Below, one piece after another: positions 52,897 to 64,000 of a stretch of DNA of 64,000 nucleotides; positions within the stretch are counted from its first letter, which is position 1, and every line of letters begins with the position of its first letter. Below the pieces are notes generated by a model. That model was given only the letters and a program-made list of their open reading frames with translations. It made no database searches and was not told the origin of the DNA. The stretch is from Mobula hypostoma (taxonomy: Eukaryota): contig NC_086109.1 in assembly GCF_963921235.1 (NCBI RefSeq), positions 5,768,001 to 5,832,000 on the forward strand, written 5' to 3'. A program made the position numbers and the translations under genes.

Positions 52897-55761
52897 AGAA
52901 CGGTTGTTGTTTCTATGTTCATGGTGGCATCTAAGCCAACAATACTGAGAGTTGGAGGTGAAGAGTCCCGCAAATTTCTACAGATGCTCCGAGAAGAGCA
53001 TTCCAACTGGATGCATGGCTGTCAGGTGTGGAGGGGCTACTGGTACAGAAAGAGCTGCAGAAAGCTGCAAACTCAGCCAGATCCATCATGGGCACCAGCC
53101 TCCATAGCATCTTCAAAAGGCAATGGGGCAAATAGGCGACATCCATTATTAAGGATCCCCATCACCCAGGACATGCCCTCTTCTCATTGCTACCATCAGG
53201 AAGGACATGCAGGATCCTGAAGACACACACTCAACATTTTAAGAACAGCTTCTTCCCCTCCACCATCAGATCTCTGAATGGCCAACAAAACCATGAACAC
53301 TTCCACAGTACTTCTTTAGCTATCTTTTTGCGCTACTTATTTCGTTTACTTTTAATATATTTTTATTGTAATTTATGATTTTCTATTATTATGCATTGCA
53401 ATGTTCTACTACCACATAACATAAATTTCACAATATACGCCAGTGATATTAAACCTGATTCTGAGAGTGCTGCCCACGACTCTTCTGTTACTAAGCCACT
53501 CGACCGTGGGGATTCTATGAAATGTAGGAACTGAGGTTCCTGCTTCAGACCACTGGAAAGATGACGTACTGAGAGCAGGGGTTATGTTTTCACACTGAGA
53601 AACACTGATAGACATTAAGTTTGAGACAAAATAAAGTGAGTCTGATGAAGACTTGTGGAAAGTCCTGACCACAGTTACAGAGATTACAGGTAGATCAAGT
53701 TAAAGCCTCACTTTTTCCTGCTGTTGTTTGCCAGTTTTGTTGATTCAGATTCTTCACCGTGAAGAATCAGCCCCATAGACCCACAATTCACTTAGACCAG
53801 ACTAATGGCTTGGTTGCTTTGAAGCAGAATAGAGTGCAGCAATATCTCAGACACAGTCCTGGTGGTGAGGAAATCACTTCCTTACATAAGATCAGTCCAT
53901 TTGGCCTATCAAGTCCTCTCTGCCATTCCATCATGGCTGATTTATTATCCCTCCCAACCCCCTTCTCCTACCTTCTCACCGTAACCTTTGATGCCCTTCT
54001 CAATCAGAAATGATCAACCTACGTTTTAGATATACCAAATGAATTGGCCTCCAGAGCCGTCTGTGGCAATGAATTCTACAGATTCACCACCCTTTGGCTA
54101 AAGAAATTCCTTTTCATCTCTGTTCCAAAGGGATGTCCTTCTATTCTGAGGCTGTGCCCTCTGATCCTAGACTCTTCCACTATAGGAAACATCCTCTCCA
54201 CATCCACTCTATCCAGGCCTTCCAATATTTGATGGGTTTCAATGAGATCTCCCCTCATTCTTCTGAATTCCAGTGAGTACAGGCCCAGAGCCAATAAACA
54301 GTCCTGATACGTAACCCCCTTTATTTCTGGGATCATTCTGTGAACCTCCTCTGGAACATCCCCAGTGCTGACACATTCTATCGTAGATAAGGAGCCCAAA
54401 ACTGCTCACAATACTCCAAGTGCAGAACATCAAACCTGGAACAGTAGAGCCTGCAGATCCCCCTTAGGCGATATGTAGCACCTGCTTAGCACCCCCCCCA
54501 ATCCGGAATCAGGGTCATGTGAAGCCGTGGGAGCAGGTGGTGGACGGTCGTATGAGCAGATGGTGCACATCACAAGTCCTGGTTATGTGACCACTGACAC
54601 CAAGCAGACAATCTCTGAAGCGTATTGATAATGGCTGGGCTCACCCATCTTGTGAAGACACTGCCCAGAGTAAGACGATGGAGACCATTTCTGCGGAAAA
54701 ATTTGCCAAGAACAATTACGGTCAAAGACATGGTCGCCCACATCACGAAAACTTATATATACATACATAATGTAAAAGCATAATCAAATCTGCAGGCGCT
54801 GGAATCTGGAGCAATGCACAAACACACTGCTGGAGGAACTCAGCAGTACATGTGGGGGAAAATTGATTTCAGGCAAAGGGGGAAGATTTAAAACGGACCT
54901 AAGGAGAAACTACTTTACACAGACAATGTCGGATATATGGAACAAGCTGCCTGAGGAGGTGGTAGAGGCTGGTACAATCACAATGTTTAAAAGACAGTTA
55001 AACAGGTACATTGATAGAAAAAGTTTAGAACAAATGGGCCAAATGCAGGCAAATGGGACATGGTTGGATGGGTATTCTGAATAGCAGGGACAAGATAGGC
55101 CCAAGGCTGCATCACTCTAAGACGTGATAATGCCCAGTAAGGTATTTAGAGAGGAACTGGAACAGGTAAGGAAAGGAAACACACTCAATGTGAGCAAAAG
55201 GTAGGCAAAAGGCCGCATGCATTGGATGGACTGAAGGGCCTTTTTCTGTGACAGACATCTCTATGTCTCTGAGCTGAGCTGAGGCTGTGGCCTGTACCCA
55301 TTGTACTCAGGGATCGGCTGCATTGATGTCTGGCTTTGAGGCTGTGGACGCCCTTTTGTGAACTGCACTTCTGAATGTCATTTGCTCACTTTTATTGTTG
55401 CCCAATTTGTTGTATTTTCTGCACATTGAATGTTCGATGGTCATTTTTAAATGGGTTTCTTTGTTTTGTGGCTGCCTGTAAGCATCAGGCAGACAATCTC
55501 TGAAGAGCATTGATAATGGCTGGGGTCACCCACATTGTAAAGACACTGCCCAGAAGAAGGCAATGGCAAACCACTTCTGTAGAAAAGTTTGCCAAGAACA
55601 GCCACGGTCAAGATCATGATCACCCACGTCTTACAGCACAGCAATTAATGTTGAAGATGATTATCACATGTACCAAGCTTGTCTTGTATATTGTTCATAC
55701 AGATCAAATCGTTACACAATTCATTGAAGCAGAACAAGATAAAACAATAACAATGCAGAAT

Positions 55762-56203
55762 CACACACACAAAATGCCAAAGGAGCTCAGCAGGTCAGGT
55801 AGTATCATGGAAATGAATGAACAGTCAACATTTCAGGCTGAGACCTTTCATTAGGACTGGAAAGGAAGGGGAAAGATGCCAGAATAAAAGGGTAGAGGAA
55901 AAGAACAGGCCAGGTGATAGAGAAGCCAGCTGGGTGGGAAAGGTAAAGGGATGTAGAGGAAGGAATCTGATCGGAGGGGAGAGTGAACCATGGGAGAAAG
56001 GGAAGGAGGAGTGGACCCAGGGGGAGGTGAGAGGCAGGTGAGAAGAGGTAAGAGGCCAGAGTGGGAAATAGTAGAAAGGGGAGGGGGAGGGATTTTTTTT
56101 TACCAGAAAGAGAAATCAATGTTCCCGCCATCAGTTTGGAGGCTATCCAGACGGAATATAAGGTGTTGTTCCTCCACCCTGAGGGTGGCCTCATCGTGGC
56201 AGA
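55762..56203 (-). mobile_element. Penelope-like element 3' fragment with degenerate hammerhead (about 55823-55858)
   Basis: Minus strand encodes CHDEATLRVEEQHLIFRLDSLQTDG.NIDFS; same architecture as 3945-4570. Confidence 0.8.
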
Positions 56204-56319
56204 AGAGAGGCTGTGTACAGAATAAAGTGTAAAAGCTACAGAGAAAGTGTGTTCAAACAACACACATCAAAGTTGCTGGTGAACGCAGCAGGCCAGGCAG
56301 CATCTCTAGGAAGAGGTAC

Positions 56320-56355
56320 AGTCGACGTTTCAGGCCGAGACCCTTCGTCAGGACT
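56320..56355 (-). ncRNA. Minimal type I hammerhead ribozyme motif in a Penelope-derived repeat
   Basis: Minus strand reads AGUC-CUGACGA-AGG(GUCUCGG)CCU-GAAA-CG-UC/GACU: stem I AGUC:GACU, intact CUGANGA and GAAA core, 3-bp stem II, palindromic ACGU in place of stem III, GUC cleavage triplet. Confidence 0.75.
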
Positions 56356-58937
56356 AACGTGTGCTGCAGCTCAATAACAAAGTGCAAGTTTATAACAAGG
56401 GAGGTGTAGAGGGGAAGGTTTTTTTTACACAGAGAATGGTGGGTGCCTGGAGCTGTCAGGGGTGGTGGTACAAATAATAATATTTAAGAGGAATTTAGAC
56501 AGACACACCAAGAAGCAGGGTGATATCAACCGTATGCAGGCATATGGGGTTCTGTCGGATTGGCATTGTAATCGGCCCAGACATGGTGGGTCCAAGGGTT
56601 TGTTTCTGTTCTGTATTGTTCTGCACTCGATGTCCTCTGTCCTTTGGAGCTGAAACCGAAAGCAGATCAGCCGTGACCTTGCACAGGAGCCCCCAGGGAC
56701 TGAAGGGCAGTCAATGAACGTCTCGAGCAGAGGTCCCTCCTTCATCTGGCAAAGTTTAAAAGGGGCACAGGAAGCAGAATTCCACTCAGTTCAAAAGGAA
56801 CATAGGAAAACATGCTCTAGTGAGGTTTAACAATAGACAATAGATAATAGGTGCAGGAGTAGGCCACTCAGCCCTTCAAGCCAGCACTGCCATTCACTGT
56901 GATCATGGCTGATCATCCACAATCAGTACCCTTTTCCTGCCTTCTCCCCATATCCCTTCACTCCGCTATCTTTAAGAGCTCTACCTAACTCTTTCTTGAA
57001 AGAATCCAGAGAATTGGCCTCCACTGCCTTCTGAGGCAGAGCATTCCACAGAACCACAACCCTCTGTGTGAAAAGGTTTTTCCTCAACTGCGTTCTAAAT
57101 GGTCTACCCCTTATTCTTAAACTGTAGCCTCTGGTTCTGGACAAGCAGTCAGTTCAAGTGAAAAGCCTGGGTGCCTAAGAAACTCTTTTGAGATTCCCTG
57201 ACAGTAATAATTTTCCTGATTCTGATTCTACCTAACCAACAGAAAGAGTATTCTTAAAGTTAGAATCACTTACTGAATGCCCATTGCACTGTTGGCAATG
57301 TAGGTCCCCCATCTCTGTCTGCCCATACTGTCGCACACAGATATAGAAGGATTCTTCATTGCTGTCCTGGTTGTTAGCCCTGAGCTGAACCTCCAAACCT
57401 GGAGGACTGGTGGACCACTCTTAGTCTGACCTCTACCCTTTGACCTGTTTGGCATGGGTAACCCTACCAAGAGCCAAAGCACAAGGCCATGACTCCAGCC
57501 AAGATACCGTAGCTCTCTGATCACTGAGGCACGCCAGCTTCCAAACCCTACAACAAGGTTGTGTTCCTCTTGGAGGAAAGGTGGAATCAGAATCAGGTTT
57601 ATTGTCACCACTCTTCACCCTAAGCTCGGTGTCACACTGGAACTTCCATTTATATAAAATGCCGCGCAGTTTTCAGGCTGAGTAAAAAATTCCTGCTCAG
57701 AGTAATGGCTGGTCCTCACAGCTGTAAAAGAAACAGGGTGAAGGTTGACCATCACTGACATATGTCATGAAATTTGGTGATTTGCGGCCTGAATTGGTGA
57801 GTTCTTCCAGCATTTTGTATTCAGTAAACAGTGGAGACACAGTATTGTGGTGGTTAGCATAATGCTTTTAACAGCACTGGAGACCTGCTTGAATTCCCAA
57901 TGTAGTCTGTGATGACTTTGTACGTCCTCCCGTGACTGCATAGGTTTCCCTCAGATGTTTCGGTTTCCTCCTGCATCCCATAGACAAGCAGATTCGAAGG
58001 GCCAGAATGAATGCTGGGATTTTTGAACAAGGGTGAGAAATTTGCCGTTCTCCAGGGTAACACCAGGTTCCAGGGGGATCTCAGCACAAGTCGGGCAACA
58101 CCTGTGGAGGGGAATAGTCAACATCTCGGGCTGAAACCCTTCATCGGGACCTGCTTATTAACTGTTTATTCCCCTCCGCTGACACTGCCTGACCTGCTCA
58201 GTTCCTCCAGCATTCTGCGTGTGTCTCTCTGGAGAACTGCGAATCTTTCGTCCTCGCTCAAGGAGCCGGGTTAATTGCTGAGCAGCACGCTTAACTTCAG
58301 TAGTGAAAAATATTATTCAGGCAGAGAATTAGCAGTCATTTTGGATAAGTGTGGGCTGATTACAAAGCCAACATGGACTTGTTAAACGCAAATTGTGTCT
58401 TAGTAGCTCAATCGAATTTTGTTTTTAATGATGTTAAAAGAGAGATAACGAGCAGCATATGGAATGAAAGGGGCTGCACCAGGACTTGTAGAAAATAGAG
58501 AGAATGACAGAAAACAGAAAAGTGGTGAAAGACTGTTTCTCAAGCGTAGAGTGGAATTCCCCAGTGGTCGGACTTGGGCCATTGTTTTTCACCATAAAGA
58601 CTCACGCTCGTGTGTACAAGACACAATTTCCAAACCAGCAGATGACACAAAGCTCAGGGTGGAGCGAGCTGTGAAAAGGGCAGTGACAGATCAGGCAGAC
58701 TGGTGGGATGGCGGAGAGCCGGCAGCCATGCCGAGAAGTGGCCTCGGAAGAATGGGGCGGCGTAAATGAGGAGGCACAATTGCATACAGGACACCAGAAC
58801 AAAGAGAGAGATTTGGGAGTGGACGTATGCTGTTAGAAGTGTGAGAGTAGGTTGAGAAAGTGTTTATAAGGGCAGCCAGTGTCTGGGCTTTATAAATGCA
58901 GCCTTATAAAACTATGGGATGCATTGATAGAGTGTAT

Positions 58938-59479
58938 TCTGGTTAGGCCACACTTGGAGTATTGTGTCCAGTTCTGGTCACCTCACTATAGGAAGGATGT
59001 GGAAGCATTGGAAAGGGTACAGAGGAGATTTACCAGGATGCTGCCTGGTTTAGAGAGTATGCATTATGATCAGAGATTAAGGGAGCTAGGGCTTTACTCT
59101 TTGGAGAGAAGGAGGATGAGAGGAGACATGATAGAGGTGTACAAGATAATAAGAGGAATAGATAGAGTGGACAGCCAGCGCCTCTTCCCCAGGGCACCAC
59201 TGCTCAATACAAGAGGACATGGCTTTAAGGTAAGGGGTGGGAAGTTCAAGGGGGATATTAGAGGAAGGTTTTTTACTCAGAGAGTGGTTGGTGCGTGGAA
59301 TGCACTGCCTGAGTCAGTGGTGGAGGCAGATACACTAGTGAAGTTTAAGAGACTACTAGACGGGTATATGGAGGAATTTAAGGTGGGGGGTTATATGGGA
59401 GGCAGGGTTTGAGGGTCGGCACAACAATGTGGGCCGAAGGGCCTGTACTGTGCTGTACTATTCTATGTTCTATGTTCTA
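58938..59479 (+). mobile_element. Young CR1 LINE 3' end, near-identical to 38325-38896
   Basis: Peptides in the ORF track differ at only a few residues over about 137 aa. Confidence 0.9.
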
Positions 59480-59868
59480 TTCCTCAATCCATGGAGTCAC
59501 TTTCAAGGACTCCACAACTCATGTTTTCAATATTATTTATCTATCGATTTATTTATTTATTTCTCTTTTCTTTGTTTTGCACAGCTTGTTGTCTTCTGCA
59601 CTCTAGTCGGTTTTCCACCTTGGTCATTGCCTCTACTGAGTTTCTTGTAATTACCATGATTCTCAGGGTTGTATATGGCGAAATATGTGTACTTTGATAA
59701 TGAATTTGTTTTGAACTTTGAATGCTTTTGAACTTTTCATATCCACAGAAGGAATTAGTTCTGTCAGGTATCTGATTACTAATTTAATTAGTTCTGCACA
59801 GCATTATGGGACAAAGGGCCTGTTCCTGTGCTGTCCTGTCCTGCGTATTTTCTACAGTATATCAGTTA

Positions 59869-60805
59869 CAGTCCTATGGAAAACTGTTAGGTACATATAT
59901 ATAGCTAGGGTGCCTAAGACTTTTGCATAGCACTGTATTTGTCAACGTGGAGCAGAGAGCAAGTTTGGAAATCTGGCGGGAGCAAAGTCAAGAGGACTCA
60001 CATTTCCAAAAACCCTTTCCGAGGTTACAGGAGATTAGGCCGTCAAACACACTGGACATTCTCTCTCCTCCTCTTTCCCAGCAGGCAGAAGATACAAAAG
60101 CCTGAAAGCTCATACCACAAGGATCAAGGAACGCTTCTACCCCGCTGTTATAAGACTATTGAACAGTTGGACTGTTGACCTCACCAGCTACCTTGTTACG
60201 ATCTTTCACCTCAGAGTCTACCTGCTCTGCTCCTTCTCTGTAACTTTTTTCTGCATTCTCTTCTTGCTCTCCTCTCCCCCGTACTGCAGTACCATGCAAG
60301 TGTCTTAGCACTGAGATATTTGCACAGTACTGTATTTGTCAATGGAGAGTAGAGAGCGAGTTTGTAAATCTGGCAGGAGCAAAGGGTGTTGGGAATGGTG
60401 AGGGTGGAGTGCCAAGGGGAGGGGTGTGGGACAGGTGGCAGACAAGGTGTGCCAGTTGTGGGTTGTGGCATGGATGCAGACACACCCAGCCCTGAGACAC
60501 CAGGCAAGGTCATTTGATTCCAAACAATCAGTTTATTGATCATTACAGAATGTCTCTCTGGTGCTTCTCACTCCCCTCCCTTCCCCCTTCCCCTTTTCCC
60601 AACCATGATTCCCCTCTCCCTGTCCCCTTCCACAATAGAGACCCATATCAGAATCAGGTTTATCTTCACTCACATATGACATGAAATATGTTGTTTTTTG
60701 AGTGTGGCAGCAGTGCAGTGAAATACATAGAATTACTACAGGGCTGTGCTAAAGTCTTAGGCACCCTAGCTCTATATATGTGCCTTAGACTTACGCACTG
60801 TACTG
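59869..60805. mobile_element. Cluster of Tc1-type micro-MITEs (59869-59935, 60287-60332, 60739-60805)
   Basis: Two TA-flanked 67-bp palindromes in opposite orientation, with a TIR like CAGTACTGTGCAAAAGTCTTAGGCAC, plus a shorter remnant between them. Confidence 0.65.
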
Positions 60806-61429
60806 TACTGTTTGGTTCCTAACTTGTCACAGCCAGGGATGGTAGTGGGGAGAAGCTCGCACTACCTAGTGCTCCAAATGGCATGCGTCTCTAACAGCCT
60901 CTGACAACCAAGTCCAACTCTCGGCCTTCACGTGTGGCTCAGCTACTAGGCCCAGCGGAACTGTTTCTACTGGCAAGAGAAGGGGCAAAGGCAACCACTG
61001 GCGCCTCAAAACCAGTTTCTTCGGGCAGGTGGGGCTCGTCAGCCTGGGACGGCAGCCCACCTAGGAGAAACAAAACTCTGATTTTAAACCTCTGCTGCCT
61101 TGAGACCCTACCCACCCATGGGAAAGGCTTCGGGAGTAAACCCTGAGGAAGAAATCCGAAGACGGATCCTTAAGGCAGTTTGATGTTGTTTACAACTTCA
61201 CTCTGGCAACCTCTGCGACGACACTGGTGCCAAGCTGAATCGGCGCTTGCCCTTCCCTTGGACTACACTAGTGTCGTGGAGAGGAGGAACCTGCTGTATG
61301 GGCAACAGCCAGTTCTTCAAATCTTCCTGCCTAGGTTTGCGCCCTGGAGAGGACACAGTCCACCAGAGGCACAAACCCATGAACCTCTGGGATCGACTGA
61401 TGCCTACTATTATTTACAATTTAGATACC

Positions 61430-62068
61430 GTAGATAGATAGATACTTTATTGATCCCAAAGGAAATTACAGTGTCACAGTAGAATTACAAGTGCACAGAT
61501 ATACAAATATTAGAAGAGAAGTAAGAAAGAATAAAAAAAATAAGTTACCACAAACAGTCTAACAGGAGGGGGTCATCATTTCCCTGGCTATGGGTTGACT
61601 CATTATAGAGCCCAATGGCCGAGGGTAAGAATGACCTCGTATAGTGCTCTTTGGGGCAGCGCAGTTGTCTTAGTCTATTACTAGAAGTTCTCCTCTGTTC
61701 AGCCAAGGTGGCATGCAGATGGTGAGAAACATTGTCCAGAATTGCCAGGATCACCCATGTTGATGCCATTGCCCCAGCACACCAGCACATAGAAGATTGT
61801 ACTGGCAACAACAGACTGGTAGAACATGTGAAGGAGAGGCCTGCACACTCCAAAGGACCTCAGTCTCCTCAGGAAGCAGAGGCGACTCTGGCCCTCCTTG
61901 TACACAGCCTCTGTGTTGGTGCTCCACTCAGGTCTGTCATCCTGGTGCACCCCCAGGTACCTGCAGGTCCTCACCACATCCACATCCTCACCGTCAATAG
62001 TAACCGGGAGCAATGCTGGCTTAGTCTTCCTGTAGTCCATCACCATCTCCTTTGTCTTACTGATGCTG
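61430..62068 (-). mobile_element. Rex1/Babar LINE 3' fragment
   Basis: MVMDYRK...IDGEDVDVV..RYLGVH...QSRLCFLRRLRSFGV and RSFLPSAIGLYN; (TATC)n tail. Confidence 0.85.
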
Positions 62069-62139
62069 AGCTCCTATTTCATACTGGTTGTTTGTCAGTG
62101 TTTGTTTGTGCATAGTTTTTCATTGATTAATGGTTGGAA

Positions 62140-63712
62140 GGCTTTACCTGTGATGGACTGAGCAGTATCCACTACTTTTTTTTAAGATTTCCTAACCAAG
62201 AGCATTGGCGTTTCCATACCAGGCTGTGATGCAGTCTGTCAATATACTCTCCACCACACATCTATCGAAGTTTGCCAAAGTTTTAGATGTCATGCCAAAT
62301 CTTCACAAACTCCTAAGGAAGAAGAGGTGCTGCTGTGCTTTCTTTGTAATTGCACTTTACCTGGTGAATCCAGGACGGGTCCTCTGAAATGATACCACCG
62401 AGGAATTTAAAGACACTGACCCTCTCCACTTCTGATCCTCCAATGAGCACTGGTTCAAAGGAGGAGGAGAAGATGGCGGCGCAACGCAGCACGCAGCGGC
62501 CACTCCGGTGAATGATATCTGTAATCTGTCAAGTAGGGTGCCGTGCACAATCTTGATTTGACGGAGACAGATGTGAGAGAATGGAGGAACATCTGGAGAA
62601 ACTTCTGAAATGCCTTTTTCGCTACCTTTGTTACTGTATGATCCAGAATCTCCGGAGGCAAAGGCCCCGAATCCTCGGCTTTGCTTGTTGCTCGGTGGCC
62701 GGGGCGGGGTCGAAGCGCTCGGCACAGGATGGTGCTCGGTGTCGAAGGGCTGATCGGAGGCTCAAAGTTCTCGGACGGACTCAGAGTCGGCTGTGGTCGG
62801 GTGCTTCCAATGCATCGACAGTTTTCGGTGCCTGGAAGTTTATGGCAGAGAGAGTTTCTCCTTTCTGCTGCCTGCTATCGGGGACTATCGGGAGTCGATC
62901 GGAACTTTGAGACTTTTTTTTACCATTCTCATGGTCTGGTCTTTATCAAATTATGGTATTGTTTTGCATTGTTGTAACTATATGTTATAATTATGTGGTT
63001 TTGTCAGTGTTAGTCTTTGGTTTGTCTTGTATTTTTTGTGATATCACTCTGGAGGAACATTATATCATTTCTTAATGCATGCATGCATTTCTAAATGACA
63101 ATAAACGAGGACTGAGTGTCCTCATGATCTAATCTAATTCATGGACCTCTGGTGTCCTGCTCCAGAAGCTAATAATCAGCTACTTGGTCTTGCTGACATT
63201 GAGTGAGAGGTTGATGTTGTGGCACCACTCAGCCAGGTTTCCAATCTCTGTCCTATATGCTGATTCATCGCCACCTTTGATTCAGCCTAAGGCAGTGGTG
63301 TCCTCAGCAATATTGAATATGGCATTGGAGCTGTGCTTAGCCACACAGTCGTAAGTGCAAAGTGAGTAGAGTAGGGGGCAAAACACACAACCTTGTGGTG
63401 CCCCTATGCTGATGGAGATTGTGGAGGACATGTTGTTGCACCTGAACTGATTGGGGTCTGCCAGCGAGGAAATCAGGGATCCAATTGCACAAGGTGGTAT
63501 TGAGTCTAAGGTCTCGAAGGTTATTGATTAGTGTTGAGGGGATGAGAGTATTGAATGCCAAGCTGTAGTCAATAAAGAGCACTCTGATGTATGCATCTTT
63601 GCTGTCCAGGTGGTGTAGGGTTGAGTGAAGAGCCAATGAAATAGCATCTGCTGTGGACCTGTTGAACCAGTAGGCAATTTGGAGCAGATCCAAGTCGCTT
63701 CTCAGGTGGAAG
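62140..63712 (-). mobile_element. Rex1/Babar LINE RT fragment, interrupted by the 62459-63136 element
   Basis: NRSTADAISLALH...YIRVLFIDYSLAFNTLIP...LCNWI.DFL.GRPQSV reverse-transcriptase motifs. Confidence 0.85.
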
Positions 63713-64000
63713 TTAATAAAATTGATAATCAATAAATAAAATCAAAATGTATATGATTTTTCCATTTTTGTTCTAAATGTTCATTGTATGCATATTACAA
63801 AAATAGACACTCAAAGTGCCATGTAGTTTTCAGGATGTGTAAAAATTTCCTGCTCAGAACAATGGTTGGTCCATGCAGTTGGAAAAAAGATTAGAGGGAA
63901 CTTTGGTCATGGCTGATTATTATCCCTCTCAACCCCATTCTCCTGCCTTCTCCCGTTAACTTTTGATGCCCTGTGTAATGGTTGGTGGAACACTTTACTG

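Noticed and set aside
53642..53670. CTGATGA followed by a GACTT/AAGTC hairpin, hammerhead-like
   Set aside because: No GAAA after the stem and no stem I partner or cleavage triplet.
58400..58900. Seemingly unique ORF-bearing region
   Set aside because: Contains decayed CR1 RT motifs (G.PQ..GLGP-like DNA, TISKPADDTKL); an old LINE.
21800..64000. Expected neighbouring genes (for example mapkapk2 or another IL-10 family paralogue)
   Set aside because: No matching exons recognised on either strand by eye; short exons could have been missed without tBLASTn.

Overview
Vertebrate genomic DNA, inferred from its repeats (HE1/V-SINEs, Penelope-derived elements, CR1 and Rex/Babar LINE ends) to be a cartilaginous fish, probably a ray. 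Most of the window is decayed transposons, and most ORF-track entries are TE fragments or noise. One host gene is supported: a complete five-exon, all-phase-0 IL-10-family cytokine on + (CDS 7877-8032, 9176-9238, 11369-11521, 18194-18271, 19064-19153; 179 aa) with a TATA box, AU-rich elements and a candidate poly(A) signal at 21772. It is closest to IL-10 but atypical: a 4-residue longer D-E hinge with an extra CxC, an IL-20/26-like Trp in helix F, and a cationic, His-rich composition. Penelope-derived repeats carry minimal type I hammerhead ribozyme motifs. One has a fully intact core (56320-56355, minus), and an inverted pair sits in the cytokine's last intron. Also present: bipartite non-autonomous RTE and Rex/Babar derivatives, Tc1/mariner derivatives with doubled TIRs, a hAT MITE and solo LTRs. 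No other host exon was recognised. TE family names come from motif recognition, not database search, and TE boundaries are approximate unless a target-site duplication (TSD) is quoted.
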